Source: Myxococcota bacterium
Lineage (GTDB): Bacteria > Myxococcota > JACRCW01
NCBI GenBank assembly: GCA_040752415.1
Contig: JBFMGU010000121.1
Span: forward strand, 1 to 31,657
DNA: 31,657 nucleotides
Reading direction: 5' to 3'
In this document: positions 16,666 through 25,301 of the stretch, one piece after another
Layout of the letters: every line of letters begins with the position of its first letter
Numbering within the stretch: position 1 is the stretch's first letter
The notes under the pieces: generated by a model
Database searches by the model: none
What the model was told of the DNA's origin: nothing
The model's input: the letters and a program-made list of their open reading frames with translations, nothing else
Made by a program: the position numbers and the translations under genes

Positions 16666-18969
16666 ATGCCATTGAAACGCATCCTGGGACCTGTTGGCCT
16701 TGCGCTCATGATGGCGTGTGGCGCGGAGGTTCCCGACGAGCCAGGCAACGTTGGCGGCGCGTTGGGGAATGCCGGCGGCTCCCGGGCTCTGACCACCGCG
16801 CCCACCGTGACGCTGTTGTCACCTCGTGACGGTGAACGGATGGCAACCACCAACGTCACGTTCCAGTGCTCCGCGGAATCATCCGAGGGGCTGCAGCAGA
16901 TCACGCTGTGGTACGGAACACCTTCCGTGCAATCGCGCGTCTTCCGGGAAGATGCCAAGTCGGGCGTCGTGGTGGATGACACGACCCTCGTTGCGAAGAG
17001 TGCGAAGCGGAACTTCGGAGGGGAAACGTCCGTCAGCGTCGACGGGAACCCCGTGAAGCACGCGCTGATCCGGTTTTCGGGCCTCTTTGGCAGCGGAGTG
17101 GACCAGCTCCCTCCCGGCACCCGGATTGATGAAGCGCGCGTGGTGGTCCGCTGTGTCGACGCGGGCGACACCATGGTGGCCTACCGGCTGCTGGAGGATT
17201 GGACGGAGGGACAGACGACCTGGCTCGAGCGGAAGGCCGGTGTCCCCTGGTCAAACCCCGGCGCCAACGGTGCCGCCTCCCGTGACACGACGGGAATCGT
17301 CTGGAGCTGTCCCGCCGCGGGTGAGCGAGCGTTCGACGCCACGTCGTTCGTGCGGGCGTGGGCGGATGGCGCGCCCAATCATGGCATTGTGGTCATTCCC
17401 ACCGGCGGTGATCTCACGCGCTGGAACAGCAACGAACACACCACGACATCCAGCCGGCCGCGCCTGGAGGTCTCCTGGGTGGAGCTGGGCGACTTCTCGC
17501 CCCGTCAGAGCGTGGCCGTGTCCGGCAGCTCCGCCACCGTGAGCTTCTCGGCGGCGCTCTCATGGAACACGCGGTACCTCTGGAGCTGCGAGGCCACCGA
17601 CGCCACCGGCGCGCGGAGCCGGGCGCCGACGAGCTTCGAGCTCACCGTGGAGCAAACGCCCAGCGCACTCCGTTCCGTGGCCACCGCACCGGACCTGAAG
17701 GTGGCGTTCATCGGCGACCAGGGCCTCGGCCCCAATGCCGTTGCGGTGCTTCAGCTCATCCGTGGCGAGGGCGCGGACGCGGTGCTCCACCAGGGGGACT
17801 TCGAGTACGAGGACAACCCCGCCGCTTGGGAGGAGCAGATCAACAGCGTCCTCGGGCCCGACTTCCCCTATTTCGTCTCCATCGGGAACCATGATGAAGG
17901 CCAGTGGACCGAGTATCAGCGCCGGGCGTTGGAACGCGCCATCCGCGTGGGTGCCACCTGCGAGGGTGACTACGGCGTCATGTCCGCGTGTCATTACCAG
18001 GGTCTGTATTTCGTGCTCGTGGGTCCGGACATCATGGGCTCCGGGCATGACCTGTACATCCGCGACCGTCTCACGGCGGACGCGTCGCTGTGGAGCGTCT
18101 GCTCCTGGCACAAGCTGATGCGACTCATGCAGGTGGAGGGCAAGAACAACGAGACGGGGTGGGGCGTCTACGAGGAGTGCCGACGCGGCGGCGCCATTGT
18201 TGCCACGGCACACGCGCACAGCTACTCGCGCACGCATCTCATGGGCGACTTCGACACGCAGACCGTGGTGTCCACCGCCACCACGCTCACCATCGACCGG
18301 GGACGGACCATCGCCTTCGTCTCTGGCCTGGGCGGAAGGTCCATCCGCGCGCAGCGTCTCGACGGACACTGGTGGGCGTCGATCTACACCGCAACCCAGG
18401 GTGCAACCTACGGAGCGCTGTTCTGCACGTTCAACGTCGCGGGGCACCCCGAGCGCGCCGCCTGCTACTTCAAGGACATCCGGAACCGGGTCATCGATCA
18501 GTTTGGCCTCGAGGCCACGCCGGAGCGCGCGGTGAACCTCCTGCCCGTGGCAAGTGCCGGTGCCGACGTGACCCAGACCGACGTCCACGGTGACGGAGCG
18601 GAAACCATCACGCTGGATGGTCGCGCGTCCGTCGACCCGGATGGAACCATCGTTTCGTACAGCTGGCGGGAGGGCCTCACCGTGCTGGGAACCTCCGCAA
18701 CGCTCACCCGGGCCTTTCCCGTCGGGCGCCACACCGTGACACTGCTCGTGGTCGACGACGATGGCGCGACGGCGAGTGATACCGTGGTGGTCACGGTCAA
18801 CGCGGGCTCCGGGGGCTCCAGCTCGGCGTCGGGCCTCATCACCATCAGCCCGTCCTCGGGCGCCACCACCACGTCCTCCAGCGCAGCCGCGACATCGAGC
18901 ACGACGTCGACGAACGCGTCCGGCACCACGTCCACGAGCTCCAGTGGTGGTGTCCTGCAGGGGCTTTGA
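16666..18969 (+). CDS. Exported lipoprotein: DNRLRE-like domain + metallophosphoesterase + PKD domain + Ser/Thr tail
   Basis: Lipobox MMAC; RNFGG..HALIRF..EDWTEGQTTW..NHGIVV..RPRLEV; IGDQG, HQGDFEY, GNHDE, AHAHSYSR; PVASAGAD..LDGRASVDPDGTIVSYSW..VVDDDGA. Confidence 0.85.
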   Translation: MPLKRILGPVGLALMMACGAEVPDEPGNVGGALGNAGGSRALTTAPTVTLLSPRDGERMATTNVTFQCSAESSEGLQQITLWYGTPSVQSRVFREDAKSGVVVDDTTLVAKSAKRNFGGETSVSVDGNPVKHALIRFSGLFGSGVDQLPPGTRIDEARVVVRCVDAGDTMVAYRLLEDWTEGQTTWLERKAGVPWSNPGANGAASRDTTGIVWSCPAAGERAFDATSFVRAWADGAPNHGIVVIPTGGDLTRWNSNEHTTTSSRPRLEVSWVELGDFSPRQSVAVSGSSATVSFSAALSWNTRYLWSCEATDATGARSRAPTSFELTVEQTPSALRSVATAPDLKVAFIGDQGLGPNAVAVLQLIRGEGADAVLHQGDFEYEDNPAAWEEQINSVLGPDFPYFVSIGNHDEGQWTEYQRRALERAIRVGATCEGDYGVMSACHYQGLYFVLVGPDIMGSGHDLYIRDRLTADASLWSVCSWHKLMRLMQVEGKNNETGWGVYEECRRGGAIVATAHAHSYSRTHLMGDFDTQTVVSTATTLTIDRGRTIAFVSGLGGRSIRAQRLDGHWWASIYTATQGATYGALFCTFNVAGHPERAACYFKDIRNRVIDQFGLEATPERAVNLLPVASAGADVTQTDVHGDGAETITLDGRASVDPDGTIVSYSWREGLTVLGTSATLTRAFPVGRHTVTLLVVDDDGATASDTVVVTVNAGSGGSSSASGLITISPSSGATTTSSSAAATSSTTSTNASGTTSTSSSGGVLQGL

Positions 18970-19058
18970 GCTGGGAAATCGGGGCGCGCGGCGCTGCTGC
19001 GTCACGGGCGACCCCCTTGGTCACAACGAGCCCAGCGAAGGCAACGTGATTCAGCCCG

Positions 19059-19550
19059 TCAAGGGGACGGCACACCCGACGCCACGCGCAGCGCGTCCTG
19101 CCGGAGGATCTCCGCGCGGTCCTCGGTGATCAGCATGGGGATGCGTCGCACCGCGAAGGGCACCGCACCGGCGTGGCACGCCATCTTCACGAACGTGGGA
19201 CACTGCGGCTCCAGCAGGACCCAGATGCGTTGGATCTTCTCCGCGCCCATGGTGAGGCCCCACTGCACCAGGCGGGCCCGCGCGGCCATGTCATAGGTGC
19301 GCGCCCGCTTCCACACGTGCACGAACACCATGGGCTGGGGCGCGCGCGCGTAGGCCTGCTCCAGGCGGGCGGATGCCGTCTCGACGAGGAACTTCACCGT
19401 GGCGCTGGTCATGTTGTCGGTGAGGAGCTCATCCACCATGCCCAGCGGCTCGGTGTACCAGATGGCCATCGACCCGTCGGGAGAGCGCAGGTGGGGCGGC
19501 TCCGCGAAGAACAGCGGCCCCGGGGAGGACAGTTTCTCGTCGACACCCAT
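19059..19550 (-). CDS. Hypothetical protein, STAS/SEC14-like
   Basis: MVFVHVWKRARTYDMAARARLVQWG...IQRIWVLL...FVKMA resembles myxobacterial STAS/SEC14-like small proteins; start reassigned to 19550. Confidence 0.6.
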   Translation of the reverse strand: MGVDEKLSSPGPLFFAEPPHLRSPDGSMAIWYTEPLGMVDELLTDNMTSATVKFLVETASARLEQAYARAPQPMVFVHVWKRARTYDMAARARLVQWGLTMGAEKIQRIWVLLEPQCPTFVKMACHAGAVPFAVRRIPMLITEDRAEILRQDALRVASGVPSP

Positions 19551-19629
19551 GCGCTGGCGGTAACACAGGGGACGTTCAGGCGTCCACGGCGTCTGGCGTG
19601 GCGGTTCCTGTACTAGGCTGCTGCCGCGC

Positions 19630-20856
19630 ATGCTCCTGCTGGTCACCTCCCTGGCGCTCTTCACCGCAACGGAGCTGCCCTCCGCGGCGGTGCTCCCGGT
19701 CAACGTGCGCGTGGAAACCGCGGTGGCGCAGGAGATGGCCGCGCTGCTCACCAGCACCCTCACGCTCAAGCTTGCCGAGACGGGCGGGTACCGCGTCATT
19801 GGCGCCGACGAGGTGCTCAGCCTCCTGGAGCACGAAGCGGAACGGCAGCGCACTGGCTGCGCCGACGACGGCTGCCTGGCGGAGATTGCCGGGGCGCTGG
19901 GCGCGCAGCTGCTGGTCACCGGTGAGGTGGTGAGCGTGGGGCGGAACCTGACGTGGACGGAGAAGGTGCTGGACCACGCGCGCGGCGCGGTGATCCGCAG
20001 CGCCAGCATCAGCGGCCGCACGCTCCAGGCGCTGGCCAGCCAGGTGGACGAGATGGCGGCGGCGCTGGCGGGAAACACCGCGGCGCTGGAGCTGTCCGGT
20101 CCGCGCGCCCGGGAGCGACTGGGTTTTGTCGACGAGGAAGACCTGCGCGCGTTCAAGGAATACCGGGAGGAGCACCCGGAGCGCACCACGTCGGAGGCGC
20201 TCACACGCTTCGTGATCGAACGGAACCTGGAGAGCCCGCGACTCGCCGTGCTGGAGGGTGCGCTCTTCTCCGGCGCCACGTTCCTCACCATTGCCGTGCT
20301 GCTCCTGGGCACCACCAGCGTGCTGGGGCTGCTCCACGTGCAGAACGGGGGAATCAGCCTGGCCGCCAGCAGCGTGGCCTGCCTGCTTGCGCCGGTGGCG
20401 CTCCTGAGCGGTGTGGCGGCGCTGGTGGTTTCCGTCGTCGACGCGCAGGACCTGGGGCGCGTGAAGGTGAAACGCAGCGGGTGCTGTCGTCAGGACTCGG
20501 ACATCCGCGACGCCGCCGAGCGCGACGCGGTCCACCGCACCGCCGCGCTGGCCGTGTTGCTGGGCGGGCCGGTCTCGTTCTCCGGGTATCTCATGGCGTT
20601 GTTGCTGTATCGCGCCGGGTCGTTGGGCGCGGGCGCCAGTGGATGGGGCACCACCACGCCCGCCATTGCCAACAGCACCAACAACCTTGGTCGCACCCTT
20701 GTCGACGGACTGGCCGCGTGGTGTCTGCTGTGCAACGTGGGGTGGTGCATGGTGATTGCGCCGTGGTCGCTCCTCGTGGGGACGCCGGTGGGGGTGGCGC
20801 TCCTGTTCCGTCCCGCCGAAGAGCCCCTCCTTGATGACGAGGGAGAAGCGCCATGA
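19630..20856 (+). CDS. Membrane protein with CsgG/TolB-N-like domain and multi-TM C-terminus (paralog)
   Basis: Signal peptide; AAVLPV; GCADDGCLAEIAGALGAQLLVTGEV; VIERNLES; GRVKVKRSGCCRQD; PLLDDE. Confidence 0.8.
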   Translation: MLLLVTSLALFTATELPSAAVLPVNVRVETAVAQEMAALLTSTLTLKLAETGGYRVIGADEVLSLLEHEAERQRTGCADDGCLAEIAGALGAQLLVTGEVVSVGRNLTWTEKVLDHARGAVIRSASISGRTLQALASQVDEMAAALAGNTAALELSGPRARERLGFVDEEDLRAFKEYREEHPERTTSEALTRFVIERNLESPRLAVLEGALFSGATFLTIAVLLLGTTSVLGLLHVQNGGISLAASSVACLLAPVALLSGVAALVVSVVDAQDLGRVKVKRSGCCRQDSDIRDAAERDAVHRTAALAVLLGGPVSFSGYLMALLLYRAGSLGAGASGWGTTTPAIANSTNNLGRTLVDGLAAWCLLCNVGWCMVIAPWSLLVGTPVGVALLFRPAEEPLLDDEGEAP

Positions 20857-22142
20857 TGTGTCTGCCCGTGCTGCTGGTGTTGGCGGCGCAAGCGGAACCC
20901 GCGCGCGTGGTGGTGCTCCCGCCCCGGCTGGCCGCCGACGCGCGCACCGAGGTGCGTTCCGCCGCGCCGGGGGTGGAACGCTCCCTGGCGGAAAGCCTGG
21001 CGAAGCATTCCGGTTTCCACGTCGTCAGTCGGCTGGAAATTGCCGCCATGCTGGGGAGCGCCGCGCGCGAGCAGCTCATGGGTTGCGACGCGGAATCCTG
21101 CGTGGCCGAGGTGGCCGACGCGCTCAACGCGGACTACGTGGTGACCTCCCAGCTGGGACTGGCGCAGGGTGTGTGGAGCTTCCAGGCCGCGCTGGTGCAG
21201 CGGAAGACCGCCAGTGCGTTGCGCCGTGCGGGCGTGAAGAGCCGCGCGTTGGATGGTCTCATCTCGTCGGTGGACGCGGTGGCGCGACAGTTGGCCAGCG
21301 GCAGCCGGGTGGCCGCGGATGCCGAGGACCTGCAGCGACGACTGGGGACCAACGACGCGGGCGTGCGCGAGCTCCGCTCCCGACTGGCGGAGACACCGGA
21401 CGCGGACCTGACCGCGGTGTGGACCGACGTCGTTGTCGAGCGCAACCGCGAGAGCGACCGGGTGGCGTTGCTGGAGAGCGGGCTGCTCACCGCGGCGGCG
21501 GGGACCAGCATCCTCGCGGGTGCGCTGTTTGGCACGCTGTACGGCATCCACGTGGCCACCACGTTCCGCTTCGGGGACCCCGCCACCGTGGGCTCCACCG
21601 AGACGACGAGCGCGGCGCCTCCCGACGGGCCGTACCTGTTCCCGCTGCCGCTGGTCATCCTCATGCTGGTGCTCCCGGTGCCGATCTACACGCTCTCCGC
21701 GTTGCTGGTGGCCGCCGCGGGCGGGGTGGCCCTCTGGGATGCGTTGGACCGGGGACGCGTGCGCGTGGCGCGCAACGGGTGCTGTCGCGACGAGGAGCGG
21801 GTGCAGGCGGCGCAGCGGCCCGGCGTGGGACGGAGGGTGGCGCCGTACCTCACCGGCACCGCGGGAGCGTGCGCGCTGTTGTCTCCCATGACCGTGATGA
21901 GCTGCGGCGTGGCGTCGGCGCTGGGGTTCATGCCGTTGCTGTTCCTGGGGACGCAGTTCGTGGGGCCCACCGTGGCGCTGCCGCCGCAGGAATTCCGCCA
22001 GGCCTATGACGTCACGAACCTGATCGTGATCATCAACTGGGTGACCACCTCGCTCTCATGCGGCGGGGTGCTGCTGGGGTCCAGCCTGGGGCTGATGCTG
22101 ACCGAGAAGTCCGAGCTCCTGGACGACGACGTGGCGCGGTGA
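20853..22142 (+). CDS. Tandem paralog of 19630-20856
   Basis: ATGA overlap; GCDAESCVAEVADALNADYVVTSQL; VVERNRES; GRVRVARNGCCRDE; ELLDDD. Confidence 0.8.
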   Translation: MMCLPVLLVLAAQAEPARVVVLPPRLAADARTEVRSAAPGVERSLAESLAKHSGFHVVSRLEIAAMLGSAAREQLMGCDAESCVAEVADALNADYVVTSQLGLAQGVWSFQAALVQRKTASALRRAGVKSRALDGLISSVDAVARQLASGSRVAADAEDLQRRLGTNDAGVRELRSRLAETPDADLTAVWTDVVVERNRESDRVALLESGLLTAAAGTSILAGALFGTLYGIHVATTFRFGDPATVGSTETTSAAPPDGPYLFPLPLVILMLVLPVPIYTLSALLVAAAGGVALWDALDRGRVRVARNGCCRDEERVQAAQRPGVGRRVAPYLTGTAGACALLSPMTVMSCGVASALGFMPLLFLGTQFVGPTVALPPQEFRQAYDVTNLIVIINWVTTSLSCGGVLLGSSLGLMLTEKSELLDDDVAR

Positions 22143-22210
22143 GGGCACGCGGGGCCGAAGTCAAAGGCCGAGCACCACCACGCCGCCGACCATGCTTACG
22201 ACTGGTGCGT

Positions 22211-23599
22211 TCACGCGGCGGAACGGTGGTCCCGCGGCACGATTCCGATGCGATGGAGCCCACGCCCGGGGTGCCACTGGTACCCGCGCACCAGCCAGGC
22301 TTCCGGGTTCACCGGCTCCAGCCGCCCCGTCCGGGGATTGCGGCGGAGGTCCAACGCGCCGGGCTGGTTGATGTGCGCCGCCATGCTGTCCAGGTTGTGG
22401 TTCGCGCCGGTGAGCACGCGGATGTCCTGCACCCCGGCTGCCACCGCGGCGTTGATCTGCTGTTGCCACACCGGGCCGTTTCCGCCCGCGGCGGACAGCG
22501 GCACCGCGTCGTCGTCGATAGAAGTGACCAGGCGGACATGGTCGCTGCGCTGGACGATGTTGCGGAATGCAGCCCGCGTCTGCTCCGGATCACCGGGGAT
22601 GTTGGGATTGATGAGCGTGACATTCCCCAGTCGCGGATTGGTGGGATCCGCGGCGTAGGCGCGCAGTGTGTTGAAGCCGTTGGAGTGCACGGTGACGTCG
22701 AGGGGGAGGCCGATCTCGTGCGCCAGCTCCGCGGTTTCCCGCAGCTTGCGCAGCTGCTCCTGGTTCACGTGGGCGTTGCGTCCCGCGACCACGCCGCCGT
22801 CATTGTCCAGGACCGCGTCCACTTCGCGGCCCGAGGTGGTGCTCATGTTGTGGCGGGTGTCGGCGAGCTCCTCGTCGCTGCGCGGCCCACCGCGCGGCCC
22901 ATGGATTCCTGCCAGGCCCACGTTCAGGCGCCCGTTGCGCAGCGCGCGGTCCAGCGCCGCCATGCCGCGCTGCATGTTGCCGTTGCCCAGCGCCCGGGCC
23001 ATCCGGTCCGCGATCTCCCGCGCACGGTGCGCACGCTGCGGTCCCAGGCGCCGTGCAATCTCCGCCTCGACGCGTCGGCGTACCTCGGGGTCGGGTTGGG
23101 GTTGGGGCCGGGGCTTGGTGACCACGCCGTTCTGCGGTTGTGGCGCGTTGCCAACAATCCCACTGTTCGAGGCCTTGAGCTGGTCCTGGGAGCTGCGGGT
23201 CTCGGCGTCCAGCGCCTTGAGGGCCTTGTACTGCTCATTGCGCGCGCTCGCGGTCTCCAGGGCGGGTGGGATCGACGACGACTGCCGGGCTGCCGACGTG
23301 GAAGCCACGGTGTCCGTGTTGTCGGGGGCGTCGAATCGCCGGTGGAGCTGGTCGCGCAGGCCGCTGTTGGCGTGCACCGCCACTTCGCGCGCGGCGGCGG
23401 AATCGATCTCCCGGCGCGGCGCTGACGACGTCGACGCGTGCTCTGGCGGTTGCGGTTCTCCGGTTGCGTCGCGGGTCTCATCGGTGCCGGCAACGCGCGC
23501 GGCCGGACCGTGGCCGTTGGCAGCCGCGGCTCCATCCACGTCCTGGCGACGAGGGGGCGGTGGCGGCGGGCGGAGCGGGTTGAGGACGGTGTCGCTCAC
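22211..23599 (-). CDS. Alpha/beta-hydrolase (lipase-like) with long disordered N-terminus; candidate effector
   Basis: AAGGAGG RBS before GTG 23599; nucleophile elbow VHSNG, VTLINP, TSIDDDAV (Asp), GANHNL (His); Pro/Ala/Ser-rich N-terminal half. Confidence 0.72.
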   Translation of the reverse strand: MSDTVLNPLRPPPPPPRRQDVDGAAAANGHGPAARVAGTDETRDATGEPQPPEHASTSSAPRREIDSAAAREVAVHANSGLRDQLHRRFDAPDNTDTVASTSAARQSSSIPPALETASARNEQYKALKALDAETRSSQDQLKASNSGIVGNAPQPQNGVVTKPRPQPQPDPEVRRRVEAEIARRLGPQRAHRAREIADRMARALGNGNMQRGMAALDRALRNGRLNVGLAGIHGPRGGPRSDEELADTRHNMSTTSGREVDAVLDNDGGVVAGRNAHVNQEQLRKLRETAELAHEIGLPLDVTVHSNGFNTLRAYAADPTNPRLGNVTLINPNIPGDPEQTRAAFRNIVQRSDHVRLVTSIDDDAVPLSAAGGNGPVWQQQINAAVAAGVQDIRVLTGANHNLDSMAAHINQPGALDLRRNPRTGRLEPVNPEAWLVRGYQWHPGRGLHRIGIVPRDHRSAA

Positions 23600-23884
23600 G
23601 GGAGTTCCTCCTTTGTCAGGGGATTCGGCCGGAGGCGCGGGCCCGGTGCGTCCGGGGTGGACAGCTGACCGACGGTCAACCGTCTCATCGGTGAAGGGGA
23701 GGAGACTCCGCTCAGCGCGGGCGAATCCCACCCGTCGCCCTGGCCACGTCGGAGGACCTCGACCTCGTCGGCGCGCACGCGAAGGGCAGCGCGGGAGCGT
23801 CACCGCCACCACCACGCCCGCTTAGCGCCACTTCGCAGGAGAAGAACGCACCACGAACAGGACCGCCGTCACGACGACGACGGC

Positions 23885-24277
23885 TCAGCGGAACAGGATC
23901 TCCGGGTCCTGCTGCACCTGCGCGCTCACGTTGGCCTGCGCGTCGGCGTCATGGACGAAACACGGGCCGTGGCTCTTCAGGATGAACCGCACCAGCGACG
24001 CCAGGCGCGCGCGGGCCGGCTCGGAGCACTCCTGGTTCACCTCGTAGCTGTTGCCTTCCACCACCACCGAACCCACCGCGGAGGCCACCGTCTCACCGCG
24101 GGCCAGACGCGCGCGCTCGTCGAGGGCGGTGGCGGCGCTGTCGCAGAAGAGGAGCCAGTGCACGCCGTGACCGCGGTCCACGTGGATCACCGCCGGGTCC
24201 CGCGTGGCGTGGGCAATCACGTCCTGCAGCACCGCCGCGGGCTTGCCGGAAGGCGTGAGCGAGAAGTGCGTGATCAT
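23885..24277 (-). CDS. Hypothetical protein; candidate immunity protein
   Basis: 130 aa, soluble, ATGA overlap with the upstream gene's stop; strong GC3 bias. Confidence 0.7.
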   Translation of the reverse strand: MITHFSLTPSGKPAAVLQDVIAHATRDPAVIHVDRGHGVHWLLFCDSAATALDERARLARGETVASAVGSVVVEGNSYEVNQECSEPARARLASLVRFILKSHGPCFVHDADAQANVSAQVQQDPEILFR

Positions 24278-25215
24278 GGCGGAGAGAGGTTGGTGTGCGC
24301 CGCGCCCATGATGACGTCGGCGTAGGCCGCGCTGGAATCCGCCGCGGGTGCCTTGAAGCGCGCCAGCTGGGTGTGCGAGCCCCCGGTACCACGCAGGCCG
24401 AAGTGCGGCTGCGGTGCCTTGGGAACCGGGTGCCCGTCGTTGGTGACCTTGAAGGCCTCGTTGTTCCAGCCGGTGTCCCGCTCGACGTCGAAGCGGCCCG
24501 CCACGCCGCTGCCGCGCAACAGCACCGCCTTGCTGGCGTGGGGTTGCGGACGCATGGGGCTGCTGGGGTCGCCCTGCGGCTTGATGCGCACCATGCCGCC
24601 GTCGGCGGGATGCACGTAGATGTCGTGCGGGACCACGTTGTCGTCGGGACTGGTGGTGCGCGTGCCGTCGGCGCGGACGTAGGTCTGCTCCATGGCAATG
24701 AGCGGGTCCGCGGGGTTGGTGGTGCGCCCTCCGTCGGTACGCGCGTAGACCGGCACGCCGTCCTGCTCACCCACCTGGCGCGGACGCATGGGCCCCTTGA
24801 GCGGCTCCCGACGATGCTGGAACCCCGCCGCCAGCAGCTCCGCGTGCAACGTGGCCGCGTCCTTGCCTTGCAGCTCCAGCGCGCGCACGGAGGCACCGGC
24901 CTTGCCCGCCGCGTACTCATCGAGGCGCGCCGACACGCTCTGGAGGAAAGCGCCCGCCTCCGGGGATGCGTTGGCGGGAGCCAGGTCCCACACGCGCCCG
25001 CTCTGGATGTCCGAGAGCGCCTTGGCCGTCACCGGGTTGGCGCCCGTGGCCGCGGTGGTTGACGACGTGGTGTTGACCGTCTGGTACGCGTCGGTGCGCG
25101 GCGCGCTGGCCTTGTCCCCGACGGACGACGTCACCCCGGGCAACACGTCCCGGGTCACGGGCGGCGTCACACGCGGCGGCTGGACGTGGGCGGGGATACG
25201 CACGAGGGACGTCAT
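24274..25215 (-). CDS. Hypothetical protein; candidate toxin with disordered N-terminus and nuclease-like C-terminal domain
   Basis: Pro/Thr/Ser-rich N-terminus, no signal peptide; C-terminal LQGKDAATLHAELLAAGF...IYVHPADGGMVRIKPQG...RPQPHASK...NEAFKV...AAHTNL. Confidence 0.7.
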   Translation of the reverse strand: MTSLVRIPAHVQPPRVTPPVTRDVLPGVTSSVGDKASAPRTDAYQTVNTTSSTTAATGANPVTAKALSDIQSGRVWDLAPANASPEAGAFLQSVSARLDEYAAGKAGASVRALELQGKDAATLHAELLAAGFQHRREPLKGPMRPRQVGEQDGVPVYARTDGGRTTNPADPLIAMEQTYVRADGTRTTSPDDNVVPHDIYVHPADGGMVRIKPQGDPSSPMRPQPHASKAVLLRGSGVAGRFDVERDTGWNNEAFKVTNDGHPVPKAPQPHFGLRGTGGSHTQLARFKAPAADSSAAYADVIMGAAHTNLSPP

Positions 25216-25301
25216 AACCCGGCGGCGCGGTGCTGCTCAAGCAACAGCGACAACGCCCGTCGTCATCTGGGGCGCGTCCTGGCGTCGCGACGCGACCACG
25301 C

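Noticed and set aside
19551..20315. Extension of ORF 19059-20315
   Set aside because: Antisense shadow of 19630-20856.
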